The notes under the pieces: generated by a model
Seen by the model: the letters and a program-made list of their open reading frames with translations, nothing else
Databases searched by the model: none
Told to the model about the DNA's origin: nothing
Program-made: the position numbers and the translations under genes
Source: Actinomycetota bacterium
Lineage (GTDB): Bacteria > Actinomycetota > UBA4738 > HRBIN12
DNA length: 63,306 nucleotides
NCBI GenBank assembly: GCA_046731295.1
Contig: JBKPKU010000015.1
Coordinates: 1-63,306 of the forward strand
Direction of reading: 5' to 3'
Part shown: positions 1-9,286 of the stretch, one piece after another
Position numbering within the stretch: position 1 is the stretch's first letter
Layout of the letters: each line of letters starts with the position of its first letter

Positions 1-3
1 GAG

Positions 4-537
4 ATGTCGCAAGCCAGACTGAGGTTAGTGCGGGATCGAGAGGAGAGAGCGCCCGGGCTCGACGAGCCCCTCCCATTCGACGCATTCTTCGCAGCCGAGA
101 GTCAGACCCTGTTCCGGCGCATGTGGCTCGTAACCCGCGATCGCCATGAGGCCGAGGAGATCGTCCAGGACGCCTTCCTAAGCCTGTACGAACGATGGGA
201 ACGTGCGCCGAGCTGGGACGATCCGACCGCCTACCTCTACCGAACCGCCTTCAACATGTGGAAGAAGCGGACGAGACGAGCGGCGCGCGCCGTGAGGAAG
301 GTCTTCTCGTCCGATCCACGGGACGAGTTCGAGGCAGTCGAGGCCCGGACCGTTGTCAGTGCCGCCCTGGCTCACCTCTCACCGCGTCAGCGAGCGGCCG
401 TCGTCTTGACGGAGCTCCTCGGGTTCTCCTCCGAGGAGGCTGCCCGGGCGCTCGGCGTCCGCGCCGTGACCGCGAGGGTGCTCGCCTCGCAGGGCCGGGC
501 GGCCATGCGGGAACTGTTGGGAGCCGCGGATGAGTGA
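4..537 (+). CDS. ECF RNA polymerase sigma factor (sigma-70 regions 2 and 4)
   Basis: EAEEIVQDAFL (region 2) and LSPRQRAAVVL..GFSSEEAARALGV (region 4 HTH); overlaps the downstream membrane protein gene. Confidence 0.92.
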   Translation: MSQARLRLVRDREERAPGLDEPLPFDAFFAAESQTLFRRMWLVTRDRHEAEEIVQDAFLSLYERWERAPSWDDPTAYLYRTAFNMWKKRTRRAARAVRKVFSSDPRDEFEAVEARTVVSAALAHLSPRQRAAVVLTELLGFSSEEAARALGVRAVTARVLASQGRAAMRELLGAADE

Positions 538-1546
538 TCTGCGATCTGTGTTGGAACGCGAGGGCAAGCGCGTCGCGCTGCCGCCCGATGCCGCCGATCG
601 GATGTTCGAGCGAGGCCGGCGGCGGCAACGCAACCGGAAGGTGGGGGCGCTCGGCATGGGCATCCTGCTGCTCCTCGCGGTGCTCGCCATCGTGCGCTCG
701 AGTCTGCCGGAGGGTCATCGGCCCGAGCCGGCAAGGCCACGACCCATCACCGCTCGATCGATCGCGGGCACCTACACGGTGCGACTTCCGGCGTCGGGCG
801 AACAGGTCGTCCGACTGGGCCTGGAAGGGCGTTACTCGATGCAGTTGAAGCCCGACGGGTCACTCGTCCTCGTCGGCCCGCACAAGGTCGACTTCCCGTG
901 GAATCCCGCCACGTTCGACGTCTCGGAAGGCGTACTGACGACCGACGCTTTCGTCGGGACTGCAGACCCCGATCAAGGGTGCCGCACTCGGGCGACCTAC
1001 CGGGTCGAGCGAGGTGTGGGGTCCCTGATGTTCACGCCGATAGAGGAACCGTGCCGGTTCCGCGTCACGATCTTGGCCACTAGCCTGTGGACCGCCGTGT
1101 CGAGCCAGCCCTCCGGCCGGTTTCAGGGTGATTGGACCACTACGTTCTCGTGCGAGCGGATGTTACGCGCCGTTCAGCGAGCGCCGATCGCGCCGCGGGA
1201 CGAGCAGTTCTGGCTTCGCCACAGCGCAGAGCTCGGCCCGGACCCGAACGATCCGTGCAGCGGCGCGCCGGATCCCATCACGTTCACTCTCCGATTCGAT
1301 CGCGGCCGCCTGTTGATCTACGGCCCCGACGGGAGCATGGGGTTCGACGGCGGCTACGAGGTGCGTGGGGACATCATGACGATCGGTGACGCCCGGAGGG
1401 ATAACAGGGGCAACATCAACGGCAGCTACGACCTGAGGTTCCGACTCCACAAGGATCGCGTGTCGTTCCAGTTGCTTGGGCGGGGCGCGACCGATCCCTT
1501 CTTCGTGGCGACGTGGCAATCGGCTCCCTTCGTGAAGAACGCCTAA
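530..1546 (+). CDS. Putative anti-sigma factor, single TM with extracytoplasmic beta-rich domains
   Basis: Overlaps the sigma stop; basic RRRQRNRK then a TM helix, then two Cys-containing beta-rich modules. Confidence 0.7.
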   Translation: MSDLRSVLEREGKRVALPPDAADRMFERGRRRQRNRKVGALGMGILLLLAVLAIVRSSLPEGHRPEPARPRPITARSIAGTYTVRLPASGEQVVRLGLEGRYSMQLKPDGSLVLVGPHKVDFPWNPATFDVSEGVLTTDAFVGTADPDQGCRTRATYRVERGVGSLMFTPIEEPCRFRVTILATSLWTAVSSQPSGRFQGDWTTTFSCERMLRAVQRAPIAPRDEQFWLRHSAELGPDPNDPCSGAPDPITFTLRFDRGRLLIYGPDGSMGFDGGYEVRGDIMTIGDARRDNRGNINGSYDLRFRLHKDRVSFQLLGRGATDPFFVATWQSAPFVKNA

Positions 1547-1660
1547 ACACTTCCCTCGGTCGGCGGCTCCTTCACTTCAGAGCTTCAGGAGAGGAGCCGC
1601 CATGTCACTCCAGGTCAACGTTGGGAGAAAGGATGTGCTCGATCACGCGAGGGGGAGGCG

Positions 1661-2467
1661 ATGAGGCTGGCCTCGGGTTTGCTCGCCGTCGCGCTTGTCC
1701 TACTGGTGGGGTGCTCGCGCTCGACCGGCGACTCGGCGTCATCGCCCCCGGTGAAAACGACCGCCGCACTCGAGCCCCTGACGTTCGTCGCCTTGGGGGA
1801 TTCGTGGCCCGAGGGCGCACATTGCGGCTATTGCAAGACGTTCGCCGGCCGCTACGCGGATGGACTCAAGACGCTCACCGGACGGCCCGTCGACTTCGTC
1901 GATCTCACGGGTGACGGGCAGCCGTTCTTCCAGACGGATGGCGGCGGGACCGCAAGCCTCCTGCGCGCGCTCCGCGAGGACTCATCGTTCGCCGATCAGG
2001 TGAGATCCGGCAATGTAATCATGATCGCGACCGGTCCGAACGAGGGCGACCGAGCGTTCGGTCCGTACGCCGAGGGCCACTGCGGGCAAGGGTTCGCATG
2101 CGTGAAGCGCCTCGAGCGCTTCTGGCTCAGGAACTTCGACGCAATCCTCGATGACATCGAAGACCTTCGCGGCGACAAACCGACGGCCATCAGGCTCGTC
2201 AGCGCGGCGAACTTCTTCGTCTCGGATCCAAGCGCCACGAAAGGGCTGCCGTCCGACGCGATGGCCTTCGGCGCGGCCTACTTCGAGGCGCTGAACACCG
2301 CAGAATGCGACGCCGCCCGGACCCACGACGCAATCTGTGTCGACGTTCGACCGATCCTCAACGGGCCCACGCTCGATCAGCCCGTCGACGAGAATTCACC
2401 CGCGTCGATGCAGGCCGTTGCCGACGCGCTCCTCGCGACCGGCCTGCCGGAGCTCCGAGGAGACTGA
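1661..2467 (+). CDS. SGNH/GDSL hydrolase-fold lipoprotein
   Basis: Lipobox LLVGC, block I ALGDSW, block III TGPNE; SD ggagg; block V His not visible. Confidence 0.8.
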   Translation: MRLASGLLAVALVLLVGCSRSTGDSASSPPVKTTAALEPLTFVALGDSWPEGAHCGYCKTFAGRYADGLKTLTGRPVDFVDLTGDGQPFFQTDGGGTASLLRALREDSSFADQVRSGNVIMIATGPNEGDRAFGPYAEGHCGQGFACVKRLERFWLRNFDAILDDIEDLRGDKPTAIRLVSAANFFVSDPSATKGLPSDAMAFGAAYFEALNTAECDAARTHDAICVDVRPILNGPTLDQPVDENSPASMQAVADALLATGLPELRGD

Positions 2468-2781
2468 ATAGAGGAACTTCAGACCGATCAAGAAGAGTCC
2501 CGGCTCCAATCCGACGATCCCTCGTTGGTGGATCGGCTCTTCGGAGCCGAGAACGGGGAGGTCGACGAAGGAGAACCCGGGCCGGAATCCTGTGCGCCAG
2601 ACCACGTTGGCGGCATCCACACCCTCTGAGGGAGTTGTCGCTGAGGAAAACGTCATACTGCAACGTGCCGGAATCCTTGCTGCGAATATTCTCCATGACC
2701 TCGGCGACGAGACGCTTCCAAATCCTCGAGCTTGCCATCGTGGATCTTGAACCTCGCTATGCTCTGAATCTCATCCGCCAC
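2464..2781 (-). pseudogene. Chimeric remnant: frameshifted ABM/putative quinol monooxygenase N-terminus joined to a flavin monooxygenase C-terminal fragment
   Basis: SD aaggagga + GTG; ADEIQSIARFKIHDGKLED shifts frame to KRLVAEVMENIRSKDSGTLQYDVF, then a third frame gives ANVVWRTGFRPGFSFVDLPV..EPGLFLIGLKFLYSVSS. Confidence 0.6.
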
Positions 2782-2815
2782 ATCCTCCTTTCGATACGTC
2801 ACTTGGTGCTGTCGA

Positions 2816-4150
2816 TCAGAAGAACCGGAAGAGACCAACGGGATCGTAGGTGGCCTTGACTCGGCTCAACTGTCCGGCGTTGGTGCCGTAGGCTGCCGCG
2901 GTCCATTCCTCCAGGTCGGGATCCACGAAGTTGGGGAAGACGCCCCCTGATCCGTGCGGGTGCACGCACGCCCACGACCTGACCACCCACGCCTTCGCCG
3001 CTTCCTTCTGGCCGGCGGCCGCCGCGGGGTCGACGACGACGGCGTGTTTGAGCAGGAATCGTTCCGACCGGTGCACGAACGCCGTGGCATCGGGACGAAC
3101 GCGGTTGTACGTGCCGCCCCAAGGCATGAAGTCCAGCTCCCGAGACTGACCGCGCGTCCAGCTCCCCGAGAACGTGCGGAGGAGCGCAGCGACCACCTCG
3201 GAGGGGAATGGACGGCGGAAGAACTCGGATTTCGCTACGAGATAAGGGTGCCCCACGCTCGCCTCGGGTCCTTCACTCCCCTCCTCCGCGCCGAGGTCGG
3301 CCCAGAACGCCCTGGTCTCCGCGAAGGACATCGCTCGGGAGGACGAGGACGTGGGATCCGAGTCCGTCCGGACGACCAGCTGGTCGAGCAGGTTGGCCGC
3401 CTCGGACTCGGTCCCCTGGAACGCCGCGTAGACGTCGACGACAGGTGCCGGGTCGTCGCCGCCGGGTTCCGTGAGCTTGAGACTGGCGGCCAGCTCGTCG
3501 GGCGCGTCGGGCGCCCACGCCTGCCACGCCTCGATCACCTCGGCAGCGTGCGAGAACGGCCACGACAGGTGCACGTTGGTCATGTTCGGGGCAGGGACGG
3601 TGCCGAGGACCAGCGACGTGACGACGCCGAAGTTGCCGGCGCCGGCGCCCCGGAGCGCCCAGAACAGGTCCTCGTGATGACCGTTGTCGACGTCCAGGAT
3701 CTGGCCGTCGGCCACCACGATCTGCGCCGCGAGCAGGCGGTCCGAGGTGACGCCGTGCGTGCGGCCGAGGATCCCGAGCCCGCCCCCCAGCGTGACGCCG
3801 GCCACCCCGACACTCGGACAGGTGCCCGCAGGGATCGCCAGGCCGTGCTCCTGGAGTGCCTCGTAGATCTCGCCCGACGTGGCGCCAGACCCGACGGTCA
3901 CGACGTCGCTGGAGACGGACACCGACCGCATCGGCGACACGTCGATGACCACGCCTCGCGTCGAGGACCGCCCCGCGAAGCAGTGGCCACCGGCGCGCGT
4001 CGCCGAGGCGAGGCCGTGGCGGCGGACGAAGGCGATCGTCTCGCGGACGTCTTCGGGGGTGGCGCATCGTACGACGGCCATGGGAACCACGTCGTGGTAC
4101 CGCGCGTTGAAGGTGCGGGGAAGCTCGTCGTACGAGTCAGAGCCGGGCAT
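2816..4150 (-). CDS. FAD-binding oxidoreductase, berberine-bridge-enzyme family
   Basis: RAGGH covalent-FAD motif, DLFWALRGAGAGNFGVVT, C-terminal KATYDP..F; the frame looks coding to ~4200, so the start is uncertain. Confidence 0.9.
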   Translation of the reverse strand: MPGSDSYDELPRTFNARYHDVVPMAVVRCATPEDVRETIAFVRRHGLASATRAGGHCFAGRSSTRGVVIDVSPMRSVSVSSDVVTVGSGATSGEIYEALQEHGLAIPAGTCPSVGVAGVTLGGGLGILGRTHGVTSDRLLAAQIVVADGQILDVDNGHHEDLFWALRGAGAGNFGVVTSLVLGTVPAPNMTNVHLSWPFSHAAEVIEAWQAWAPDAPDELAASLKLTEPGGDDPAPVVDVYAAFQGTESEAANLLDQLVVRTDSDPTSSSSRAMSFAETRAFWADLGAEEGSEGPEASVGHPYLVAKSEFFRRPFPSEVVAALLRTFSGSWTRGQSRELDFMPWGGTYNRVRPDATAFVHRSERFLLKHAVVVDPAAAAGQKEAAKAWVVRSWACVHPHGSGGVFPNFVDPDLEEWTAAAYGTNAGQLSRVKATYDPVGLFRFF

Positions 4151-4345
4151 GACGACGTTGCCGGCGATCGACGCCTCGAGCGCCGTCCAATCGGGGGTTG
4201 TATCGCCTACCGTCTCGGACTCTCCGTCATGAGAAGCGCCAACGGGTCGAGCTGGACCGCACCAAGCGCGAGCTGTCTACGCTGCAGCTCGCACTCACCC
4301 ATGATCGATCAACCCGCACCGACTGCGGCACCGACGTCACGCGCT

Positions 4346-4957
4346 TCAGTCGGCCGTGGCGGTTGCATACCGCGGGCGCCCGGTGGGCCGGTAGACCTGA
4401 ATCGTCACCCCGCTGGGAGTGGCCTGCGATCCGACCAGTTCGAGCGCCCTGTCCGGGCCGGTGTCGGGGAACAACCGCCTGCCCTGGCCGACGACCACGG
4501 GGAAGGTGAACAGGTTGATCTCATCGACGAGGTCGTTGTGGAGCAGCCACCGGAACAGGGCGCCGCTGCCGTGCACCTGCAGCTCGCCGCCCGGCTTGGC
4601 TCGCAGCTCGCCGACCGCGGCGGTGAGATCACCGGAGAGGACGGTCGTGTTCGCCCACCGAGGGTCGTTGATCGTCGTCGATGCCACGTACTTCGGCTTC
4701 GTATGCAACGCCGTCCAGATCGGGCTGTCGCCCGGGTCGTCCCACGTCCCCCAGGAGCCGGCGAAGATCTCGTAGGTCCGCCTGCCGAACAGGAACGCGT
4801 CGGCGCGCTGGTAGATCTCGTCCATGACGGTCCCGGCTTCTTTGTCGAAGTGGGCCCATCCGCCGCGCTCGAATACGCCGCGCTCGTCCTCCTCCGGCCC
4901 GCCGGGCCCCTGCATCACCCCGTCGACCGAGACCTGCACGGTGGTCGTCAGCTTCAT
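4346..4957 (-). CDS. Dihydrofolate reductase family (RibD C-terminal-like) protein, copy 1
   Basis: VSVDGVMQ, FLFGRRTYE, KYVAS, QVHGSG, VDE..FPVVVGQG. Confidence 0.9.
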   Translation of the reverse strand: MKLTTTVQVSVDGVMQGPGGPEEDERGVFERGGWAHFDKEAGTVMDEIYQRADAFLFGRRTYEIFAGSWGTWDDPGDSPIWTALHTKPKYVASTTINDPRWANTTVLSGDLTAAVGELRAKPGGELQVHGSGALFRWLLHNDLVDEINLFTFPVVVGQGRRLFPDTGPDRALELVGSQATPSGVTIQVYRPTGRPRYATATAD

Positions 4958-4992
4958 GGTCGCGGTTCCCTTCTCGCTGAGTTTGTCGTTCG

Positions 4993-5023
4993 ATTCCACC
5001 GGACCGCGACGCCGATCTCATCC
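4993..5023 (-). promoter_or_regulatory. Candidate ECF (SigG/ECF56-like) promoter GGATGA-N18-GTGGAAT
   Basis: Same position and spacing as the site upstream of paralog 2. Confidence 0.4.
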
Positions 5024-5129
5024 GTCGCAGAGTCCGTCCGGCCGACTGATTCCGCACCCTCCCCGAACGCTGAAGCCCGCACCCACCCATGATCGACTCT
5101 CATTGGCTGCGGCACCTGTGTCACGTGAT

Positions 5130-5744
5130 TCAGTCGGCCGTGGCGGTTGCATACTGTGGGCGCCCGGCGGGCCGATAGACCTGGATGATCACCCCGCTAG
5201 GAGTGGACCGCGAGTCGACCAGGTCAAGCGCCAAGTCGGGACCGGTGTCGGCGAATAGCCGCGTGCCCTGGCCGATGACCAGTGGATAGGTGAGCAGGGT
5301 GATCTCGTCGACAAGCTCGTTGTCGAGCAGCCACCGGACCAGGACACCGCTGCCGTGCACCTGCAGCTCGCCTCCAGCCTTGGCCTTCAGCTCGCGAATG
5401 GCAGCCGCGAAGTCACCGGAGAGGAAGGTCGTGTTCGCCCACTCGGGGTCGAAGGGTGTGGTCGACGCGACGTATTTGGGCCGCGTGTTCAACGCCACTG
5501 CGATGGGGTTGACCGAATCTGTCATCCGTCCCCAGGAGCCGGCGAAGGTCTCGTAGGTCCACCGGCCGAGCAGGAACGCGTCGGCGCGCTGGAAGACCTG
5601 GTTGAGGAACGTGGCGGCCTCGTCGTCGAACAGAGGCCCGGCCCATCCGCCGCGCTCGAATCCGCCCCTGCGGTCCTCATCCGCCCCGCCGAGGCCCTGC
5701 ATCACCCCGTCGAGGGAGACGTGCGTGATGGTCGTCAGTTTCAT
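5130..5744 (-). CDS. Dihydrofolate reductase family (RibD C-terminal-like) protein, copy 2
   Basis: Close paralog of 4346-4957 (MKLTT...YATATAD). Confidence 0.9.
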   Translation of the reverse strand: MKLTTITHVSLDGVMQGLGGADEDRRGGFERGGWAGPLFDDEAATFLNQVFQRADAFLLGRWTYETFAGSWGRMTDSVNPIAVALNTRPKYVASTTPFDPEWANTTFLSGDFAAAIRELKAKAGGELQVHGSGVLVRWLLDNELVDEITLLTYPLVIGQGTRLFADTGPDLALDLVDSRSTPSGVIIQVYRPAGRPQYATATAD

Positions 5745-5783
5745 GATCGCAGCTCCCGCCTCGCTGGGTCTTGTCGTCGTTCG

Positions 5784-5814
5784 ATTCGACCGTACCGAGG
5801 CGCGGGGCTCATCG
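5784..5814 (-). promoter_or_regulatory. Candidate ECF (SigG/ECF56-like) promoter CGATGA-N18-GTCGAAT
   Basis: Matches the CGATGA-N18-GTC pattern reported for mycobacterial SigG. Confidence 0.45.
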
Positions 5815-5841
5815 GGTCGCAGCAGAGTCCGCCCGGCCGAT

Positions 5842-6870
5842 TCATCCCGCACCCTCCCGAATCTCGCGAGGTCCCTCCCACGCTAGGAAGGCGCGGGCCG
5901 GCCGGTCTTGAACGAAACGGACACGTCGGGGGTTCGCGGCGCCGGCCCGGCGAAGGGCCCGCCGGATGTGCATGAGCGACGGTCCATGATCGTGCGCCCC
6001 CAGGCACCGTGCCGCGCGTTCCGCCATGAAGGTCCGTGGCGTCAGCCCGCTGAGCCGGGTGCATTCGCGGGTCAGGTGCGCCTGGTCGGCGTACCCGGCG
6101 GTCACGGCTGCGGCGGCCAGGTCGGCGTCGCCATCGGCCCCTTCGGTGAGGACGAGGAACGCCTGGAACCGAAGGATACGGTGAACGACCTTAGGTCCGT
6201 GTCCGATCGCCTCCAGGCACCGGCGCCGAAGGTGGCGCGGGGACAGGAACAGATCAGACACCTGGTCGGTCACGCGCCGGGCGCGCCAGGGCTGCAGCCG
6301 CCTGACGAGCTCGCCGACGACGGGATCTGGCTCGGCCGCCGTTGCTGCGCGCGCGAGGAGCGCCTGCTCGAGCAGCGTGGCTGCTTGCCTTTCAGACGTT
6401 GCGTCGGCAAGGCGGCTCACGAGCTCGTTGGACGATCGGCCCCATACGAGATCGAGCGGTACGTGGCGGTCGGTGAGCTCGGATGCGGGGATCCCGCGGA
6501 CGGCCTCCGCCGCCCCGGGGCGGAGCCGGACGCCCACCACCGAGGATCCCGGCTCGAGCGTGGACGCGTCTGGACCGTGGTGTGTCCCCGTCACCATGGG
6601 GGTGGCCGAGCCCAGCCGGTAGGACACCTCGATCGAGGCGTTCGGCACGCTTCGATGAATGTACGGTGGCGCGTCCTCGGACACCTGCTGGACGAACCCG
6701 AAGGAGATCACGCTCCGAAGGCCGTGATGCGGAAACCGCTCTACGTACCGTTGATCGGAGATCCGGTCGGGCACGCCAATCACGTCGACCCCATCCACCC
6801 CACCGTCGCAATCCCCTACAGAGGCCGGTGCCGTCGTCCGCCAACGAACCGTTACCCGTGTCGATGGCAT
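5842..6870 (-). CDS. AraC family transcriptional regulator (DUF6597-type N-terminus)
   Basis: VGVRLRPG, LSPRHLRRRC, AGYADQAHLTRE; start uncertain. Confidence 0.85.
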   Translation of the reverse strand: MPSTRVTVRWRTTAPASVGDCDGGVDGVDVIGVPDRISDQRYVERFPHHGLRSVISFGFVQQVSEDAPPYIHRSVPNASIEVSYRLGSATPMVTGTHHGPDASTLEPGSSVVGVRLRPGAAEAVRGIPASELTDRHVPLDLVWGRSSNELVSRLADATSERQAATLLEQALLARAATAAEPDPVVGELVRRLQPWRARRVTDQVSDLFLSPRHLRRRCLEAIGHGPKVVHRILRFQAFLVLTEGADGDADLAAAAVTAGYADQAHLTRECTRLSGLTPRTFMAERAARCLGAHDHGPSLMHIRRALRRAGAANPRRVRFVQDRPARAFLAWEGPREIREGAG

Positions 6871-7198
6871 CCGAAAAACCGACCCGCTGGCCGGCTGGCT
6901 AGGGTAGTTCTTCGCGTTTGGGTGAGCACTCCGGTCTCACCGGACGATGAGCGTGTCGACCGACCTACCCGCTCAGGTCTCGCCCGTCGACCGGCTTCCG
7001 GGCGTTGAAGCCCAGCCGCGCTCACGCCCGAGGTCTACGTGGCCTCAACGCCTGATCTCCGGCAGCATGCGACGAACGCTGCCCCGGAGCCTCCGGTCCT
7101 CGTCGCAGTCGATCGGCAGCTCGGCGAAGTCGCGGCTCCGGATGACCCCAGAACTCGCCCGAAGAGTGTAGGTACGGCTGGCGATGGCCAGCTTGTGT

Positions 7199-7678
7199 CT
7201 AGATCAGCGTCACCTCGACGTGAACGGTGCCGGTGTCGGTATCGATCGTCGAGGTCGCCACGCCCTGGGCTCCCTCGAAGTCGGCCGTACCGCCCACGAT
7301 TGCGATCGTTCCTTGATTCTCCGTCCGCCCACTCAGATTGAGCTTTCCCGAAAAGATCAGCGTTCCCCTTTGTTTGAGCGTGATGGTCCCCTCGGCGTGC
7401 GATTCGCTACCGGCCGTTGAGAACCTGGACACCTGGGCGATGATCGCCCCGACCTGATTTCCGGCGTCGTCTGTGAGAAGAGCCTTGATGAACGCGACGT
7501 CGCCGATGCTCGGTCCCGGCTTCCCCCCATCGATGACGGCATCAGGCTGGCTCCGCCGCAGGTTCAGCGACAACGTGGTCAGGACCTGGGAAGAGGCTGT
7601 ACCGAACGTGAGCACAGCTATGAGCAGAGACAAGAAAGTGACCACGGGGATCACAACGAACATGGACCGTCTGGCCAT
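7199..7678 (-). CDS. Secreted dirigent/allene-oxide-cyclase-like beta-barrel protein
   Basis: Signal peptide; PGPSIGD and AIVGGTADFEGAQG; SD gggag. Confidence 0.75.
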   Translation of the reverse strand: MARRSMFVVIPVVTFLSLLIAVLTFGTASSQVLTTLSLNLRRSQPDAVIDGGKPGPSIGDVAFIKALLTDDAGNQVGAIIAQVSRFSTAGSESHAEGTITLKQRGTLIFSGKLNLSGRTENQGTIAIVGGTADFEGAQGVATSTIDTDTGTVHVEVTLI

Positions 7679-7853
7679 AACGCCCTCCCTGCTCCAGGAC
7701 CCCAAGGATCGTTGCTGAGGACGTCGCGAGAGGCAAGGGGGAGCGACTCAACGTCGACCCTCGTCCACAAGCTCGGCGAGCGCCAGGCGCTCACGCATCA
7801 GCGAGCCTCCCCCAGGCACCTTGACGGTTCTCACACAGCGCGCCCCGGCGACG

Positions 7854-9218
7854 TTATGTCCGGTGAGGTGCTCTTTGCGCGAGATAGGCACAAACCGCTA
7901 CCCCGATCAGCGTCCCGCCGAGGGCCATGATTGTCACGGCGAACGCGTGGGCCGAACCGTGCGATCCGGCGCTGAAGTAGACGCCGCCGAAGCCGGCGAC
8001 GCCGATGACCTGACCGATCAAGCTCGCCGTCAAGACCAGCCCGCTGAGATCCGCCGCCTGCTCGCTCCGAACGACGTCGGTGAGGCGAGCCGTAAGCGGG
8101 CTGAACGCACACGCATGGGCGGCGCCCGCGAGGAACAGCAGCGGGATCGCCGGTACCACCGGCCAGGCGTCCCCGGACGCGACCCGACCAACGACCAACA
8201 AAGTCGCGGCCAACACGAGCGCTCCGGCGATGGGGAGACGGTCGCGGGCGGCCCTGGGGCATCGGGTCCAGGTCAGGCTCGCCGTCCCGAAGCCGCTCGC
8301 ATAGGTGGCGAAGACGAGCCCCGCCGCCAGCGGGGAGTATCCGAGGCCTCCCTGCAAGTGAAGCGTGAGGCTGAAGAGGAAGCCCGCATAGCAGGCCATG
8401 ACCAGCGCCACCGCGACGATCCCCGGCGCGACCCCGGGTACGGTCAGGACGTGGAGATCGAGCAGAGGATGCCTGCCCCGGGCAGCGATGTGTCGTTCGA
8501 GGCGCACGAACACAACCAGGGCCGTCGCGCAGAGGGCGAAGAAAGGCCAGACCCAGATCGGCCAGCCGGCATCCCGGCCGAGCGTGAGCGGCACGATCAG
8601 AGCCAGCAGCGCCACCGACAGCGTTGTAGCGGCGGCCGGGTCGAGCTGCGCCTGTGCTTGTCCCGCGACTCGTGGCAGGTGAGACCGAGCCGCGAGCAAC
8701 ACGATGGCGCCGAGGGGGACGTTCAGGAGGAGCGCCGGGCGCCACGCTGCGCCGAGCAGATCGGCCGTGATGAGCAGGCCGCCGAGGACCAGGCCTGCAG
8801 CCACCCCGGCGGCGAGGACCATCGAATAGGCCCCGATGGCGCGTTCGCGGGCGTCACCTTGAAAGTGGAGCTGAATGATCGAGAGCACCTGTGGGCTGAT
8901 CACCGCCGCGGCGGCACCCTGAAGCGCGACCGCGCCGATCAGGATGGTCGCGCTCGGCGCAAGTCCACCGGTAAGCGATGCCAGTGTGAACGCCGCGACG
9001 CCCAATATGTAGGCGCGGCGGTATCCGAGCACGTCGCCGAGACGCGCCCCCAACACCACGAGCGCCCCGAAGGCGAGCGCGTACACCGCCACGATCAGCT
9101 GAAGCTGCGCCGCGGAGGCATGCAGGTCCGCCCGGAGACTCGGCGCGGCGATCACCAGGATCTCGCCGTCCATGCTCGCCATCGCCTGGCCCGCAAGGAG
9201 TGTCACGAGCATATCCAT
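7854..9218 (-). CDS. MFS transporter, DHA2 (14-TM) drug:H+ antiporter-like
   Basis: ARLGDVLGYRR motif A, WRPALLLNVPLG, many TM helices. Confidence 0.9.
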   Translation of the reverse strand: MDMLVTLLAGQAMASMDGEILVIAAPSLRADLHASAAQLQLIVAVYALAFGALVVLGARLGDVLGYRRAYILGVAAFTLASLTGGLAPSATILIGAVALQGAAAAVISPQVLSIIQLHFQGDARERAIGAYSMVLAAGVAAGLVLGGLLITADLLGAAWRPALLLNVPLGAIVLLAARSHLPRVAGQAQAQLDPAAATTLSVALLALIVPLTLGRDAGWPIWVWPFFALCATALVVFVRLERHIAARGRHPLLDLHVLTVPGVAPGIVAVALVMACYAGFLFSLTLHLQGGLGYSPLAAGLVFATYASGFGTASLTWTRCPRAARDRLPIAGALVLAATLLVVGRVASGDAWPVVPAIPLLFLAGAAHACAFSPLTARLTDVVRSEQAADLSGLVLTASLIGQVIGVAGFGGVYFSAGSHGSAHAFAVTIMALGGTLIGVAVCAYLAQRAPHRT

Positions 9219-9286
9219 CCGGCCAAGCGTCCCCGGAACCGGGGCCCCGGTCTTGGATGTTCGTGCTCGAACGCTGGAGAGCGACG

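Noticed and set aside
2954-5092. Long antisense or alternative-frame ORFs (e.g. 2954-5092, 11793-13529, 27088-29295, 36986-39097, 56839-59178)
   Set aside because: Shadow ORFs typical of high-GC DNA, overlapping well-supported genes and lacking motifs
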